A stretch of 64,000 nt of DNA from Candidatus Heimdallarchaeota archaeon (lineage in GTDB: Archaea > Asgardarchaeota > Heimdallarchaeia > Heimdallarchaeales > Heimdallarchaeaceae), in assembly GCA_021399395.1 (NCBI GenBank), contig JAAFKJ010000043.1, forward strand, positions 30,886 through 94,885. Direction: 5' to 3'. Each line of letters starts with the position of its first letter. Position 1 is the first letter of the stretch. Positions 20,474 to 30,086 of this stretch are shown in pieces. A model generated the notes under the pieces. That model was given only the letters and a program-made list of their open reading frames with translations, did not search any database and had not been told where the DNA came from. A program made the position numbers and the translations under genes.

Positions 20474-22066
20474 TTAACTTCCATTTACTAATTTATCATG
20501 AACATTCTCAATTGATTTGAGTATTTTTTGACCTTCTTTCAAAATATATTTGTCATCCCAAAGTAAACTATCAACAACTTTGAAAACTTGCTTAGCTTCT
20601 TTGTGAATTTGTTTTTCATCCTTAATCATATCTAGAACAATATTGTTGATGTCTACTAATATTCCAATATTAATTTCTCCTTTAACAATAAGAGATAGTA
20701 TCTTTTGATAGGTATCGAGTATTTTGAGTGCTTCTTTACCTTTCTTTTTGATCTTACTGATATCAATTATAAGAGGTTCTTTTACCTTTACTTTATCTTT
20801 CAAATCCTCTTCTAGAATCTCTTCAAGTTCTTTTTCTACTCCTCTGGCTAAACGTAAACTTCTCTTCTTCATTGCTGCTAAATAAGCAAAAATTGGGAAC
20901 AGGTTAAAATACCAACTTGGCTCTAAAATTCCTTTTTCAACCATTAGTTTCTCAAAATATCTATTCAATGAGAGTCCTATTGAAACAAGTATTAGGAATA
21001 AATGACAGATAATCATCCAAGAGTATGAGGTGTCATTTGCATTGAGGAAAATCATCACCGCAACACTCAGTAAAAACCAAATTGCCATTGCTATGAAGAT
21101 GTAACTTTCTTTTTGCCAATAAAGCCAAACTCCAATGAGACTCGCTACTATTGTTACTAAATAGAATATAATTACTTGAACAATTGTAATTCTGGACCAG
21201 AAAGTAAAGTAAAACATGGTTAACATAAGAGTTGAAAACATTGTTGCTCCTATTGCAGCTTGTACTAACTGTCTAACATTGCTCTCAAATCTGATATCTG
21301 ACCTGAATTGATGTCTATCTAAAGTACCTCTGAACTTCTCATAACTTTGATAAAGTACAGCAAACATCATACCTCCCATTATTGCTACATCAATAACAGA
21401 AATTAGGGTTGTGGTACTTAGAAGGGATGCAGCATCTACTTCATAGACTCCAATGAACTTCGAGAAAATATCTTCATGAAAAATCATTGGGGCGAATATA
21501 ATGATTAACACGGCATACAGTAGCCACAAAAGATTGTTTGCGGAGCTTATAAGGTCTAATGCTATTGGAGGTTCAGAGACATTCCATTCAGCACCACTAA
21601 GGAATTTAGGCATTCTATCTTGAATATATCTTGAACGTATGACTCGTTCTAGAATTTCTGATCCTATAATTAGTCCTGCTATTATTGGTAAAGATATCCA
21701 AATACCCAAACCATTTGGATTTGGTCCAAGTATAAGCAAGAAGAGATTCACTCCTGTTGCATTTGCTATTGCAATACCTGCATTTGGGATTGTTGCTTGC
21801 AGAATAGAGAAAATTATTATCAAGAGGAATGGAATTAGTTTTAGGAAGGAGTACCACAGTTTTTCTAATCTTATTCGAATACCTACACCTCTCGCAGTTT
21901 CTACAAGAGTTGCATTTAATTCATATGGGTAGACTTTACGAGAACCTTTGACGATAGCTCTTGTTTGACTTTTGAACAATCGAGTTCTCATTCCAAAAGA
22001 TCTCATGAGTACATCCATTTTCTTCAATGATCTTTCCAAAGGTGTTGTTGGTTCTTTTGAGCTCAT
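20474..22066 (-). CDS. Polytopic membrane protein, hypothetical
   Basis: About 9 TM helices; start moved to MSSKEP just after the upstream stop. Confidence 0.7.
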   Translation of the reverse strand: MSSKEPTTPLERSLKKMDVLMRSFGMRTRLFKSQTRAIVKGSRKVYPYELNATLVETARGVGIRIRLEKLWYSFLKLIPFLLIIIFSILQATIPNAGIAIANATGVNLFLLILGPNPNGLGIWISLPIIAGLIIGSEILERVIRSRYIQDRMPKFLSGAEWNVSEPPIALDLISSANNLLWLLYAVLIIIFAPMIFHEDIFSKFIGVYEVDAASLLSTTTLISVIDVAIMGGMMFAVLYQSYEKFRGTLDRHQFRSDIRFESNVRQLVQAAIGATMFSTLMLTMFYFTFWSRITIVQVIIFYLVTIVASLIGVWLYWQKESYIFIAMAIWFLLSVAVMIFLNANDTSYSWMIICHLFLILVSIGLSLNRYFEKLMVEKGILEPSWYFNLFPIFAYLAAMKKRSLRLARGVEKELEEILEEDLKDKVKVKEPLIIDISKIKKKGKEALKILDTYQKILSLIVKGEINIGILVDINNIVLDMIKDEKQIHKEAKQVFKVVDSLLWDDKYILKEGQKILKSIENVHDKLVNGS

Positions 22067-22067
22067 T

Positions 22068-22817
22068 CTAGTTTTCCTCCTCTTTCTTCGCTTTTTTTTG
22101 CAATTTCTTAAGCCGTCTTTCCTCCCGTTTTTGAGGAGCGTTTGCAATAGCTTCCTTTGTTTTCTTATACGCTATTTTCGATAATTCAACAGTTTTTGGA
22201 ATTCCTATAAATAAAGCAGGAGTAATCATTACTAGAAATATAAAAACAAAAATGATAATCCATCTAACGAATGTTTGTGGGTCTGGAAATCCTGGAAGAT
22301 TGATTATAGGATTTGCATCTCCTCTTTCAACTTGGATATATGATTTGTCTCCAGGAAATTGTGCGATGAAGAGAGAATCTAAAGGATGAGATGAGCTTTT
22401 TGCTATGATCTCAATGGAGATGTTGAATAGATTATAATCTGCTGGTGCAATTAATGTGGTGTTGATATTGTATGCTTGAATAGTTTCGTTTAACACAAAA
22501 TCCTCTGCATGCAAATATCTTGCTTCAGTTTCATTATCTGGGTAGACATAAGTAATATCAACATAAGTTATGGAAATATTGTAACCAGATTGAATATTAG
22601 CTGCTCCAAAAGTAATACTAAAATTGACTCCAACATTTTCCTCCCAACTTAATGGAGCTCTTGAAACAACTGTGAAGTTTGAATTTTCATCAATTTCAAA
22701 TCTATAGGTTGGGGAAGTATATACACTCTCTTGCCCTTTTACTTGATTAATGGGTAATATTGTTAGTGCTAAAATTGTGATTAATATAAGATTAAGTGTT
22801 AGTTTTTTTAACTTCAT
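22068..22817 (-). CDS. Single-pass surface protein with basic tail
   Basis: Signal peptide, beta-rich ectodomain, TM, Lys-rich tail; ATGA overlap with the upstream gene. Confidence 0.7.
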   Translation of the reverse strand: MKLKKLTLNLILITILALTILPINQVKGQESVYTSPTYRFEIDENSNFTVVSRAPLSWEENVGVNFSITFGAANIQSGYNISITYVDITYVYPDNETEARYLHAEDFVLNETIQAYNINTTLIAPADYNLFNISIEIIAKSSSHPLDSLFIAQFPGDKSYIQVERGDANPIINLPGFPDPQTFVRWIIIFVFIFLVMITPALFIGIPKTVELSKIAYKKTKEAIANAPQKREERRLKKLQKKAKKEEEN

Positions 22818-25021
22818 TTTTGCTCTTTTCTCCATTTTTCAAATTTCTGAATTAAACTCATAACAGATTCCACATAATCTCTAGATTGAGGTTTGGTGTA
22901 GTAAACCTGTTCTTCATTCAACATACTATTTGAAATTCCTCTTCCCACAGAAAGGATTTCTAATGTTTCTGAAATTAAGAAAGAAGGAATATATTTACGA
23001 ATAGTTTTCTCTTGCAAATCCTCATTAACTGCAAGTAGGTTGACAGGTACAGCTCTACTTAGATAACCAAGCAGTTCCCAATACTCTCCTAGCATTGCTT
23101 TCCAAGGTTCTTTAGAAACATCTATCTCTCTTGATCTTTTGATAGCATCAATCTGAATTTCTTCAACTGAAACAAGCATTTCATATTTCTGTTCCTCCTC
23201 TTGAATCTTCTTAATCATCCGTCTCCGAACGATGAAATAAGTTAGTAGAAATGCGAGTATAGGTGCAATCAAACCTAAAAGACTTAGAAAGATGAGGTTG
23301 TTCATCAGAGAATTTTTTTGCTCTTCTGTAAGCTCTGTTTCTACTCTGAAATGCTCAAATCTTGCAGATAGATCTTCTATTGCATCAATGACATCAATAA
23401 ATGAATAAGTAATTTGTGCAGAAAATAAATCGTGATACGGGTCAATTTCTCTGTTTGGGTGAATGAATCTGATTTTTGTCCTTCCTTCAGGAGTTTTTTC
23501 TAGTTTTCCTTCACCATCAAGAGTAAGATAATCCTCGGGTGAAGCACTATAAACGATAGAATCTTCAGGCATTATGACGGTGTAATCTATATTTGCCTTT
23601 GAATAGTTATAATCTAATGTGGTATCGTTTTGTAAATCTGGATTAATGAATAAAAGCCAGAAATAATCAAGATATACTAGAATGTTACTATTATTATAAT
23701 ATACGTAGGGTCTAACAATTTCATAGTGAATATAACCTTGAACATTTCTGATAAGATATCGGTCACTAAACTGTTGATAGGAAACAGGTGTGCCGAACTC
23801 GTTGTATGCTGAGAATTCAAGTACCTCGCTGGTATCAATCCAAATACTATAATTGTCGATAAGAAACCCTATGTCAAACTTTACGGTTTCAAATGCAATA
23901 CCATCTGCATCCAAATCAACTATAGTTTCGTAATCCATAACTTCATCCTGATTCAAGATAGGTTCTGCACCTTCCATAGTGACCATTTTATTGTTTGTAA
24001 TTGTTTGATAATTCACGTCATCCGTTGTTTGATCATTTATGTGCATGGTCTGTGATATCAATAGTAAGATGAAGAAAACATTGAATAGAGCAGATACCCG
24101 TTTTCTTGGATCTTGTTCTCCTTCTATGTCTCTCAACATTTTCTTAGGTAAGCTTCTTGCTTCATTTAAACGTGATTTGAATTTCCTTTTTGCCCTCAAA
24201 TAACCATAAAGAGATGCCATTATACTGACCACTACAGCTAAAAATGCAATTAATCTGAAATAAATTTGTAGTAAATCCAACAAACTTTCTATTTGTTCAA
24301 GTTCTTGTTCTTGGCTTTGGTTCTGATACATTTGTTCAGTAAACTGTAGATAAATCGGGTCATAATTGTAAGTTATCTCATATGTTAGCGGGTCATGAAA
24401 TGGATCCATTGCTCTTTCTTCATAATCCCATGTTATACCAAATCTCTCTCCTTCCTTTACAATGACTGCTTTATCCGTAGGCGCAAAACTCACTAAACCT
24501 GCACCCTTTGGTAATATCTGTTTGTTATGGTAAGTCACAGGAGCATATCTTTCTTCTCCTTCTGGAGTAAGGTAACTGAATTGTGCCCAAAAGGTGTCAA
24601 ATATAACAATAAAGTTTGTATCAATGAAATAATCAGGCTCACTATAAACCTCTATTTTATAGTACAATTCAATAGTCCTGGGGTAAATCCTAATCCTATC
24701 ATCGTAAAGAGTGAAATCTACACCTTCTGTTAGATTTCCAATACCATCCCAAAAAGCAATTAACTGCATAGCGGGAACATTTCCATAGATTGTGAGATAA
24801 CCTCCTCCAGAGTTGAGGTCTACCCAACGAATATACCCGTTTGTTTCAGTAATATTGTTTTTGTCATAATATTGGTCTTTACTAATAATAACTGTAAAAT
24901 CAGTCTCTTGAGCTTGAACATTGTTTGTTTTTGAATAGATTACAAAAGCACTACTACCCACTAAAGCAACGACTTCTAGACTAATGATTATGAGCAAGAT
25001 TAACTTACGTTCGATCTTCAT
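22814..25021 (-). CDS. Membrane protein built from two duplicated ectodomain-coil-TM modules
   Basis: Two copies of the ..P....DP(F/Y)HD...ITY motif, each followed by a TM. Confidence 0.7.
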   Translation of the reverse strand: MKIERKLILLIIISLEVVALVGSSAFVIYSKTNNVQAQETDFTVIISKDQYYDKNNITETNGYIRWVDLNSGGGYLTIYGNVPAMQLIAFWDGIGNLTEGVDFTLYDDRIRIYPRTIELYYKIEVYSEPDYFIDTNFIVIFDTFWAQFSYLTPEGEERYAPVTYHNKQILPKGAGLVSFAPTDKAVIVKEGERFGITWDYEERAMDPFHDPLTYEITYNYDPIYLQFTEQMYQNQSQEQELEQIESLLDLLQIYFRLIAFLAVVVSIMASLYGYLRAKRKFKSRLNEARSLPKKMLRDIEGEQDPRKRVSALFNVFFILLLISQTMHINDQTTDDVNYQTITNNKMVTMEGAEPILNQDEVMDYETIVDLDADGIAFETVKFDIGFLIDNYSIWIDTSEVLEFSAYNEFGTPVSYQQFSDRYLIRNVQGYIHYEIVRPYVYYNNSNILVYLDYFWLLFINPDLQNDTTLDYNYSKANIDYTVIMPEDSIVYSASPEDYLTLDGEGKLEKTPEGRTKIRFIHPNREIDPYHDLFSAQITYSFIDVIDAIEDLSARFEHFRVETELTEEQKNSLMNNLIFLSLLGLIAPILAFLLTYFIVRRRMIKKIQEEEQKYEMLVSVEEIQIDAIKRSREIDVSKEPWKAMLGEYWELLGYLSRAVPVNLLAVNEDLQEKTIRKYIPSFLISETLEILSVGRGISNSMLNEEQVYYTKPQSRDYVESVMSLIQKFEKWRKEQK

Positions 25022-25033
25022 TCACTTCAATCT

Positions 25034-26059
25034 CTATGCTTGTACACTTGGAGCTGGAGTATGCTTTAATATTCTATCAATAATAATTTCAGAAGTTGTT
25101 CCATCAAATTCGTATTCAGGTTTAATAAGCACTCTATGTCGTAATACGTTCTTAGCAACCTTTTGAATATCTAATGGATTAACGTACTTTCTACCATCCA
25201 AAGCAGCTGTAGCTTTGGCAGCAATGGTCATCCACAAACTAGCTCGGGGACTAGCACCCATGTAGACTTCTTCGCTCTCTCTAGTGAGATTAACGATCCT
25301 AACAATATATTTAGAAAGATCTTGAGAAATACTAACTTCCTTCCTGACAACTTTTTGTAATTCTAAAACTTCGTCTCCTGTCATTACTGGGACGATGTCT
25401 TCTAATTTATCATAGGAATCATATTCGCCTGTAAAACGGTTAACTATCTCAACTTCGTTTGCTTCTTCAGGGTAGGTAACTAGAAGTTTGAAGGCAAAAC
25501 GATCGATTTGAGCTTCAGGTAAAGGATACGTACCTTCGGTTTCTATGGGGTTCTGCGTGGCAAATACGATGAATGGGGCTGGTAATTCATATGTTTTCTT
25601 TTCAACTGACACCTGTTTTTCCTGCATGCTCTCTAGCATTGCTGCTTGAGTTTTTGGAGGTGCTCTGTTAATTTCATCCGCTAGTAAAAGATTTGTAAAC
25701 ACTGGTCCTTGCTTGAAGTAAAAGTCTCCTGTTTCTGGTCTAAATGCCATGACTCCTGTTACATCAGAAGGCATGAGATCTGGTGTAAATTGAATCCTTT
25801 TGAAATCTGCAGAGATTGCTCTTGCCAAGGCACGTGCCATGAGTGTTTTTGCAATACCTGGTACTCCTTCAAGTAGAACATGACCATCAGCTAGAACTGC
25901 AGCTATCATTGATTCTATTACTTCTTCTTGGCCTACTATTACTTTGCTGATGCTTTGTTTAATCTGCTTAACTTTTTTAGAAATATCTTTGATGCCAACT
26001 TTGGTAGATTGTGTTTTTTTCTTTGAAACTTTTTTCTCCTTAGAACTCATTATTGACAC
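25034..26059 (-). CDS. moxR: MoxR family AAA+ ATPase
   Basis: GHVLLEGVPGIAKT, RIQFTPDLMPSD, DEINRAPPKTQ, ATQNPIE.EGTYPLPEAQ.DRF. Confidence 0.95.
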   Translation of the reverse strand: MSIMSSKEKKVSKKKTQSTKVGIKDISKKVKQIKQSISKVIVGQEEVIESMIAAVLADGHVLLEGVPGIAKTLMARALARAISADFKRIQFTPDLMPSDVTGVMAFRPETGDFYFKQGPVFTNLLLADEINRAPPKTQAAMLESMQEKQVSVEKKTYELPAPFIVFATQNPIETEGTYPLPEAQIDRFAFKLLVTYPEEANEVEIVNRFTGEYDSYDKLEDIVPVMTGDEVLELQKVVRKEVSISQDLSKYIVRIVNLTRESEEVYMGASPRASLWMTIAAKATAALDGRKYVNPLDIQKVAKNVLRHRVLIKPEYEFDGTTSEIIIDRILKHTPAPSVQA

Positions 26060-26145
26060 TCCTTAAGTAGAAAAGTCTAATTCCCTTATAAACGTATTTT
26101 ATTAAAAGAAATTAAAATTATCTGAAGAACAAAAAACTCTAGGAA

Positions 26146-26859
26146 TTATGTTTCTTCTTCTACAGCTTTCTGACTGGGTTCTGTAGCCACTTCTTCTTCC
26201 CACTCTTCATGAAAATCCCACTGTGAAAGCGATATGCTAAAAGAAGAATCTTCTTTCCCTGGACACTCGATTCTTATAGTGAGATGATCCTTAGAAATTT
26301 CTTCTACTTCTGGGTGTAAACAATTCTCTTCTAAAATATCCATAAGAGCTGCGACATATGTGTTTGAGATTTGGTTAATACTTTCCTCTTGGATTTTAAG
26401 ACCAACCTCTCCCAATTTATAGCAAGTTTTACGTCCTTCGCTGAACTTTTCAACTAAATTTGCTTGAACCATTCTATCTGCATGATGTCTTACAGTGTCA
26501 TGATGAATACCTATTTCTTTTGCAATTATTGTTTGATGAATACCTTCATTATTTACAATATAAGCAAAAATTTTCCTTGCAGTTAAATGTTTTAGAACCA
26601 CAAATGCTTTTTCAACATCTTCATCTCTTAATGTTCTTGAAAAATAGACTCTCTTTCCCCCAAATTTCGTAGTCTTGATTAAATTAGCTTCTTCAAGTTT
26701 CCTTAGATGCCAGTTTACAGTACCATGCGGTGCAGTTAAAGTACTTGATAATTCAAAAAAATATGCACCAGGGGTCTCACAAACAAGACGGTAAATCTCA
26801 CGGCGTAATGGATGGAGAAGCAAAGTGAGACGTTTTTCCTTTACTCTCCTTTGAACCAA
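26146..26859 (-). CDS. Double winged-helix transcriptional regulator
   Basis: HPLRREIY...PG, GTVNWHLRKL, second HTH (HDTVRHH). Confidence 0.8.
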   Translation of the reverse strand: MVQRRVKEKRLTLLLHPLRREIYRLVCETPGAYFFELSSTLTAPHGTVNWHLRKLEEANLIKTTKFGGKRVYFSRTLRDEDVEKAFVVLKHLTARKIFAYIVNNEGIHQTIIAKEIGIHHDTVRHHADRMVQANLVEKFSEGRKTCYKLGEVGLKIQEESINQISNTYVAALMDILEENCLHPEVEEISKDHLTIRIECPGKEDSSFSISLSQWDFHEEWEEEVATEPSQKAVEEET

Positions 26860-26874
26860 AAAAGGTTCACTCCT

Positions 26875-27303
26875 TTAAACTGTTAAAGTATCAACTTCGA
26901 CGCTTGATACTCCTTCGATTCGCTCAAGTTCATCCTTGATTTGATCAATACTAACTTCCTTAAGCTCATCAGAGTCAATATAACCTTCATACACACAAGC
27001 ACTTTGTGTGAAACACAAACCAGTACTGTACAGTGTTTTAATACCGAGTCTTATGAAAATAGAACCCATTTTACGAAGGAAATCAGGAGATAATTTTCCG
27101 ATATTGATATTGATTTTAGCTACTTCATTAGTGCTTGTAGGAATAATTCTAATGATTCTAGTATTTGGTGCAAGAATCAACACTGCAAAAGTTTTACCAT
27201 CTGGTTTGAGAGCTGATAGGAATTCTTCTGGTAGTTCAATTGGCTTTTCGGCCTCTAATTTCACCATCTTTGCGATCGTAACTGATTGTTTTTCGCTGCT
27301 CAT
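26875..27303 (-). CDS. Hypothetical protein with ACT-like C-terminal domain
   Basis: LYSTGLC...CVYEGY...L..IEGV..V pattern. Confidence 0.55.
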   Translation of the reverse strand: MSSEKQSVTIAKMVKLEAEKPIELPEEFLSALKPDGKTFAVLILAPNTRIIRIIPTSTNEVAKININIGKLSPDFLRKMGSIFIRLGIKTLYSTGLCFTQSACVYEGYIDSDELKEVSIDQIKDELERIEGVSSVEVDTLTV

Positions 27304-27541
27304 TTTCTTTTTTCTCCATCTGTAACTATTATTGATTACTTTATGTAATTACATTTATATAACTATTTTGCCTTTCTTAAATACTTTACGCTACTGCGGG
27401 GAATATTTAGCTATTTTTCTTTGTTGAATTAAGCTATTATTTAACTAAAGATTTACTTTAGATTTGAGCTAGTTCGAGAATTATTGCAATAAGTTTTAAT
27501 AACACTCGGGCACTCTTAACTTCATACTTGAGGAAGTAATA

Positions 27542-29101
27542 ATGGGCGAATTAACTGCGAATAAAATTGACGATGAAGAGGAAGATCTCTACAAGATTCC
27601 TCATCCTAAACGATCTCTAATCGGTATTTTTATTTCAACATTCTTTCTAAGAGTAGCTTTTGGTAGCACAACTGTTCTTATGCCTATTTACATCTTTCAA
27701 CATCTGGAAGGTTTGGATGGATGGATAGGACATCTTAGTATAGTTATTGTAGAGATAACCTATGCAATCGCAGTAATTATAAGTTCTGGATATTTTGGTT
27801 TTAGATCTGATACTTCAAACTCAAAAAGATGGATACTGATTGGAACAGCTGCGGGAGGAATGATATTAGCTGGATATGGAATTTGTGCCTTAAACTGGGA
27901 TGGATGGATTGGCATCACTCCTTTGGTTAATGGTTTACTTATTTTTGGGATGAGTGTTTATCATTTCTTACATGGTCTTGCGGGTTCATGTAAAGTAAAC
28001 GCATCTTATGGGTACATCTCAAGATTTTCCGTTTATGAAAACAGAGCTACTCGTATAGGATTTTATAATGCGTTTGTAACAGGTGGGAGAGCTGTTGGAG
28101 TAATACTTGCTGGTGTTTTGTATGATCGGATAGTAGGAGTTACAGAAACAAGTGAAACAAGTTGGCATCCAACGAATCCTAATCGTTTAATCTATCTTTA
28201 TCTGATATTTGGTTTCGCAATCTTAATTTCGGCAGTCGTTGTATATTTCATGCTAGACAAAACTAAGTCTGTTGTAAAAGAAGAGAAATACAGTATAAAG
28301 AAAGAATTATTGACCTCTTGGAGATTAATTAAGGATAAAGGCAGAAGGGGAATTATTTTGCCACTTTTAGGAACAGCTTCAATTGTAGGTATTCTAAATA
28401 ATTGGGGATTTCTTATTCTTTCTTTAGAATCAACTCCTGGTGCTGCTAGCTGGACAACAGTTCTCTTCACAGTAGCTATGGGAGCACCTATGGCCTTGTG
28501 GGGTTGGTTAGCCGATAAAATAGGCCGAAAGAAGACATTATGGATAGGTGTTGTAGGTTTACTCATTATGTCTGTGATGATTGGAATTGCTTTCTTTGGA
28601 AATTACTTGACAGGAGGAAATCCATGGTATGATCCCAATTCACAATTTGACTCTGGTGGTTTTATACAACCAGAAAATCTTTGGTTAACAATCATTCTCG
28701 TTATTTCTTTAATTATGGGTTCAGCATATTTTCCTGCAATTAGTGGAAGATTAGGTGATAGTAGTTCAATTGGAGTTACTGAAGAATCTGTAGATGAGAC
28801 ACAAGAACTAGAAAGAACTGCAGAATTTCATGGTGCAACAATGAGTATTCAACAAACAATCCTCTCAATAAGCGAAATTATAGGTATCGTTGTAGGGGGA
28901 GTTGCGTTAATAATTGTTTATGCGATTTCAAAAACAGCAACAAACTTTGCATATAATATGATTGGGATGATTGTTCCAATACTTTTACTGCTCATCTTTA
29001 CAACTATCGTATCCTTCTTGTGGCCAGCTGAAGATGATTTCATCAAAACTAGTAAAGTAAGAAGAAAAGATCAGAAAGAAAGTAGGAAATATAAGCTATA
29101 G
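27542..29101 (+). CDS. MFS transporter
   Basis: About 12 TM; GWLADKIGRKK motif A. Confidence 0.85.
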   Translation: MGELTANKIDDEEEDLYKIPHPKRSLIGIFISTFFLRVAFGSTTVLMPIYIFQHLEGLDGWIGHLSIVIVEITYAIAVIISSGYFGFRSDTSNSKRWILIGTAAGGMILAGYGICALNWDGWIGITPLVNGLLIFGMSVYHFLHGLAGSCKVNASYGYISRFSVYENRATRIGFYNAFVTGGRAVGVILAGVLYDRIVGVTETSETSWHPTNPNRLIYLYLIFGFAILISAVVVYFMLDKTKSVVKEEKYSIKKELLTSWRLIKDKGRRGIILPLLGTASIVGILNNWGFLILSLESTPGAASWTTVLFTVAMGAPMALWGWLADKIGRKKTLWIGVVGLLIMSVMIGIAFFGNYLTGGNPWYDPNSQFDSGGFIQPENLWLTIILVISLIMGSAYFPAISGRLGDSSSIGVTEESVDETQELERTAEFHGATMSIQQTILSISEIIGIVVGGVALIIVYAISKTATNFAYNMIGMIVPILLLLIFTTIVSFLWPAEDDFIKTSKVRRKDQKESRKYKL

Positions 29102-29207
29102 ATCAGAAATTTTCCTAATAAAATAAGAGCAAATTCAAGAGGACAAACCCCCATAAAAAATGCTCTTACCCACAGTTTTTTAACCTAGTATTTCTGGCAA
29201 TCTTTCA

Positions 29208-30086
29208 ATGAAAGACAATTGGCTGTTTCTAAATCAGATGTCATTTAATACTGATTTGATAGATTCCAACACAACTGTAATTGTGGGCTTTTCAGGTTAC
29301 GGTTCAGTTGGTACAACTGTCCTGAATCATATCATTGAGAGATTAGATGTAGAATCCATTGGTTTTTGGGGAACACTTAGCTGGTTCCACAAAGGGGTTC
29401 TAGAAACACCAATAACAATCTATAGACTTGATGTAAAATCTAAAGATGATAAGGAAAACTTTGTATTGGTCACTTCTAGGTTGCCAATACCCGTGGTGGG
29501 GTATAATGCTCTACCAGATGCTTTCTGGAAATGGCTTTCACAAGAAATTCTCTCGTGGAAAGCTAAGCGTTATATCGTTATAGGTGGGTTGAGAGAGGAT
29601 GTTCGAAATTCTTCTGATGATTTATGGACAACTTTGCTACCAACTAAAAGATATACCGAAATTTATGGAACTCAAAGAACCTTCAAAGATGATTTAACAA
29701 TTAAAGGACCTATAAGCTTCCTCCTAACAGAAGGAACAGCATATAATCTTCCCGTACTTGGTGTTCTTTCTTATTGTAACACATACGATGTAGATTTAGA
29801 TGCAGCTTCGATGGCTTTGAAAGACTTAGAAAAACAACTAGAGTTAGATTTAAACTCAAAAGAAATTGAGGAGTTTGATTTCTCATTTTTGGAAAATCAA
29901 GTTGAACTTTTCCAAGATGAAACTGATTTTGAGGAAGAATTTGACTCAGAGTATGAAGAAGAATTTGACGAAGAATTCAAAAGCTTTGATGCAGAAGAGG
30001 ATAGAGAAAAGAAATTCTCTGTTGATGAAAATTCTTCCTTTCACTTAGATCGAACACATAAAGATGATTTGAATAAATATAGATAA
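29208..30086 (+). CDS. PAC2 family (proteasome assembly chaperone-like) protein with acidic tail
   Basis: IVGFSGYGSVG...HI, IVIGGL, I.GP, D.DAA. Confidence 0.75.
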   Translation: MKDNWLFLNQMSFNTDLIDSNTTVIVGFSGYGSVGTTVLNHIIERLDVESIGFWGTLSWFHKGVLETPITIYRLDVKSKDDKENFVLVTSRLPIPVVGYNALPDAFWKWLSQEILSWKAKRYIVIGGLREDVRNSSDDLWTTLLPTKRYTEIYGTQRTFKDDLTIKGPISFLLTEGTAYNLPVLGVLSYCNTYDVDLDAASMALKDLEKQLELDLNSKEIEEFDFSFLENQVELFQDETDFEEEFDSEYEEEFDEEFKSFDAEEDREKKFSVDENSSFHLDRTHKDDLNKYR

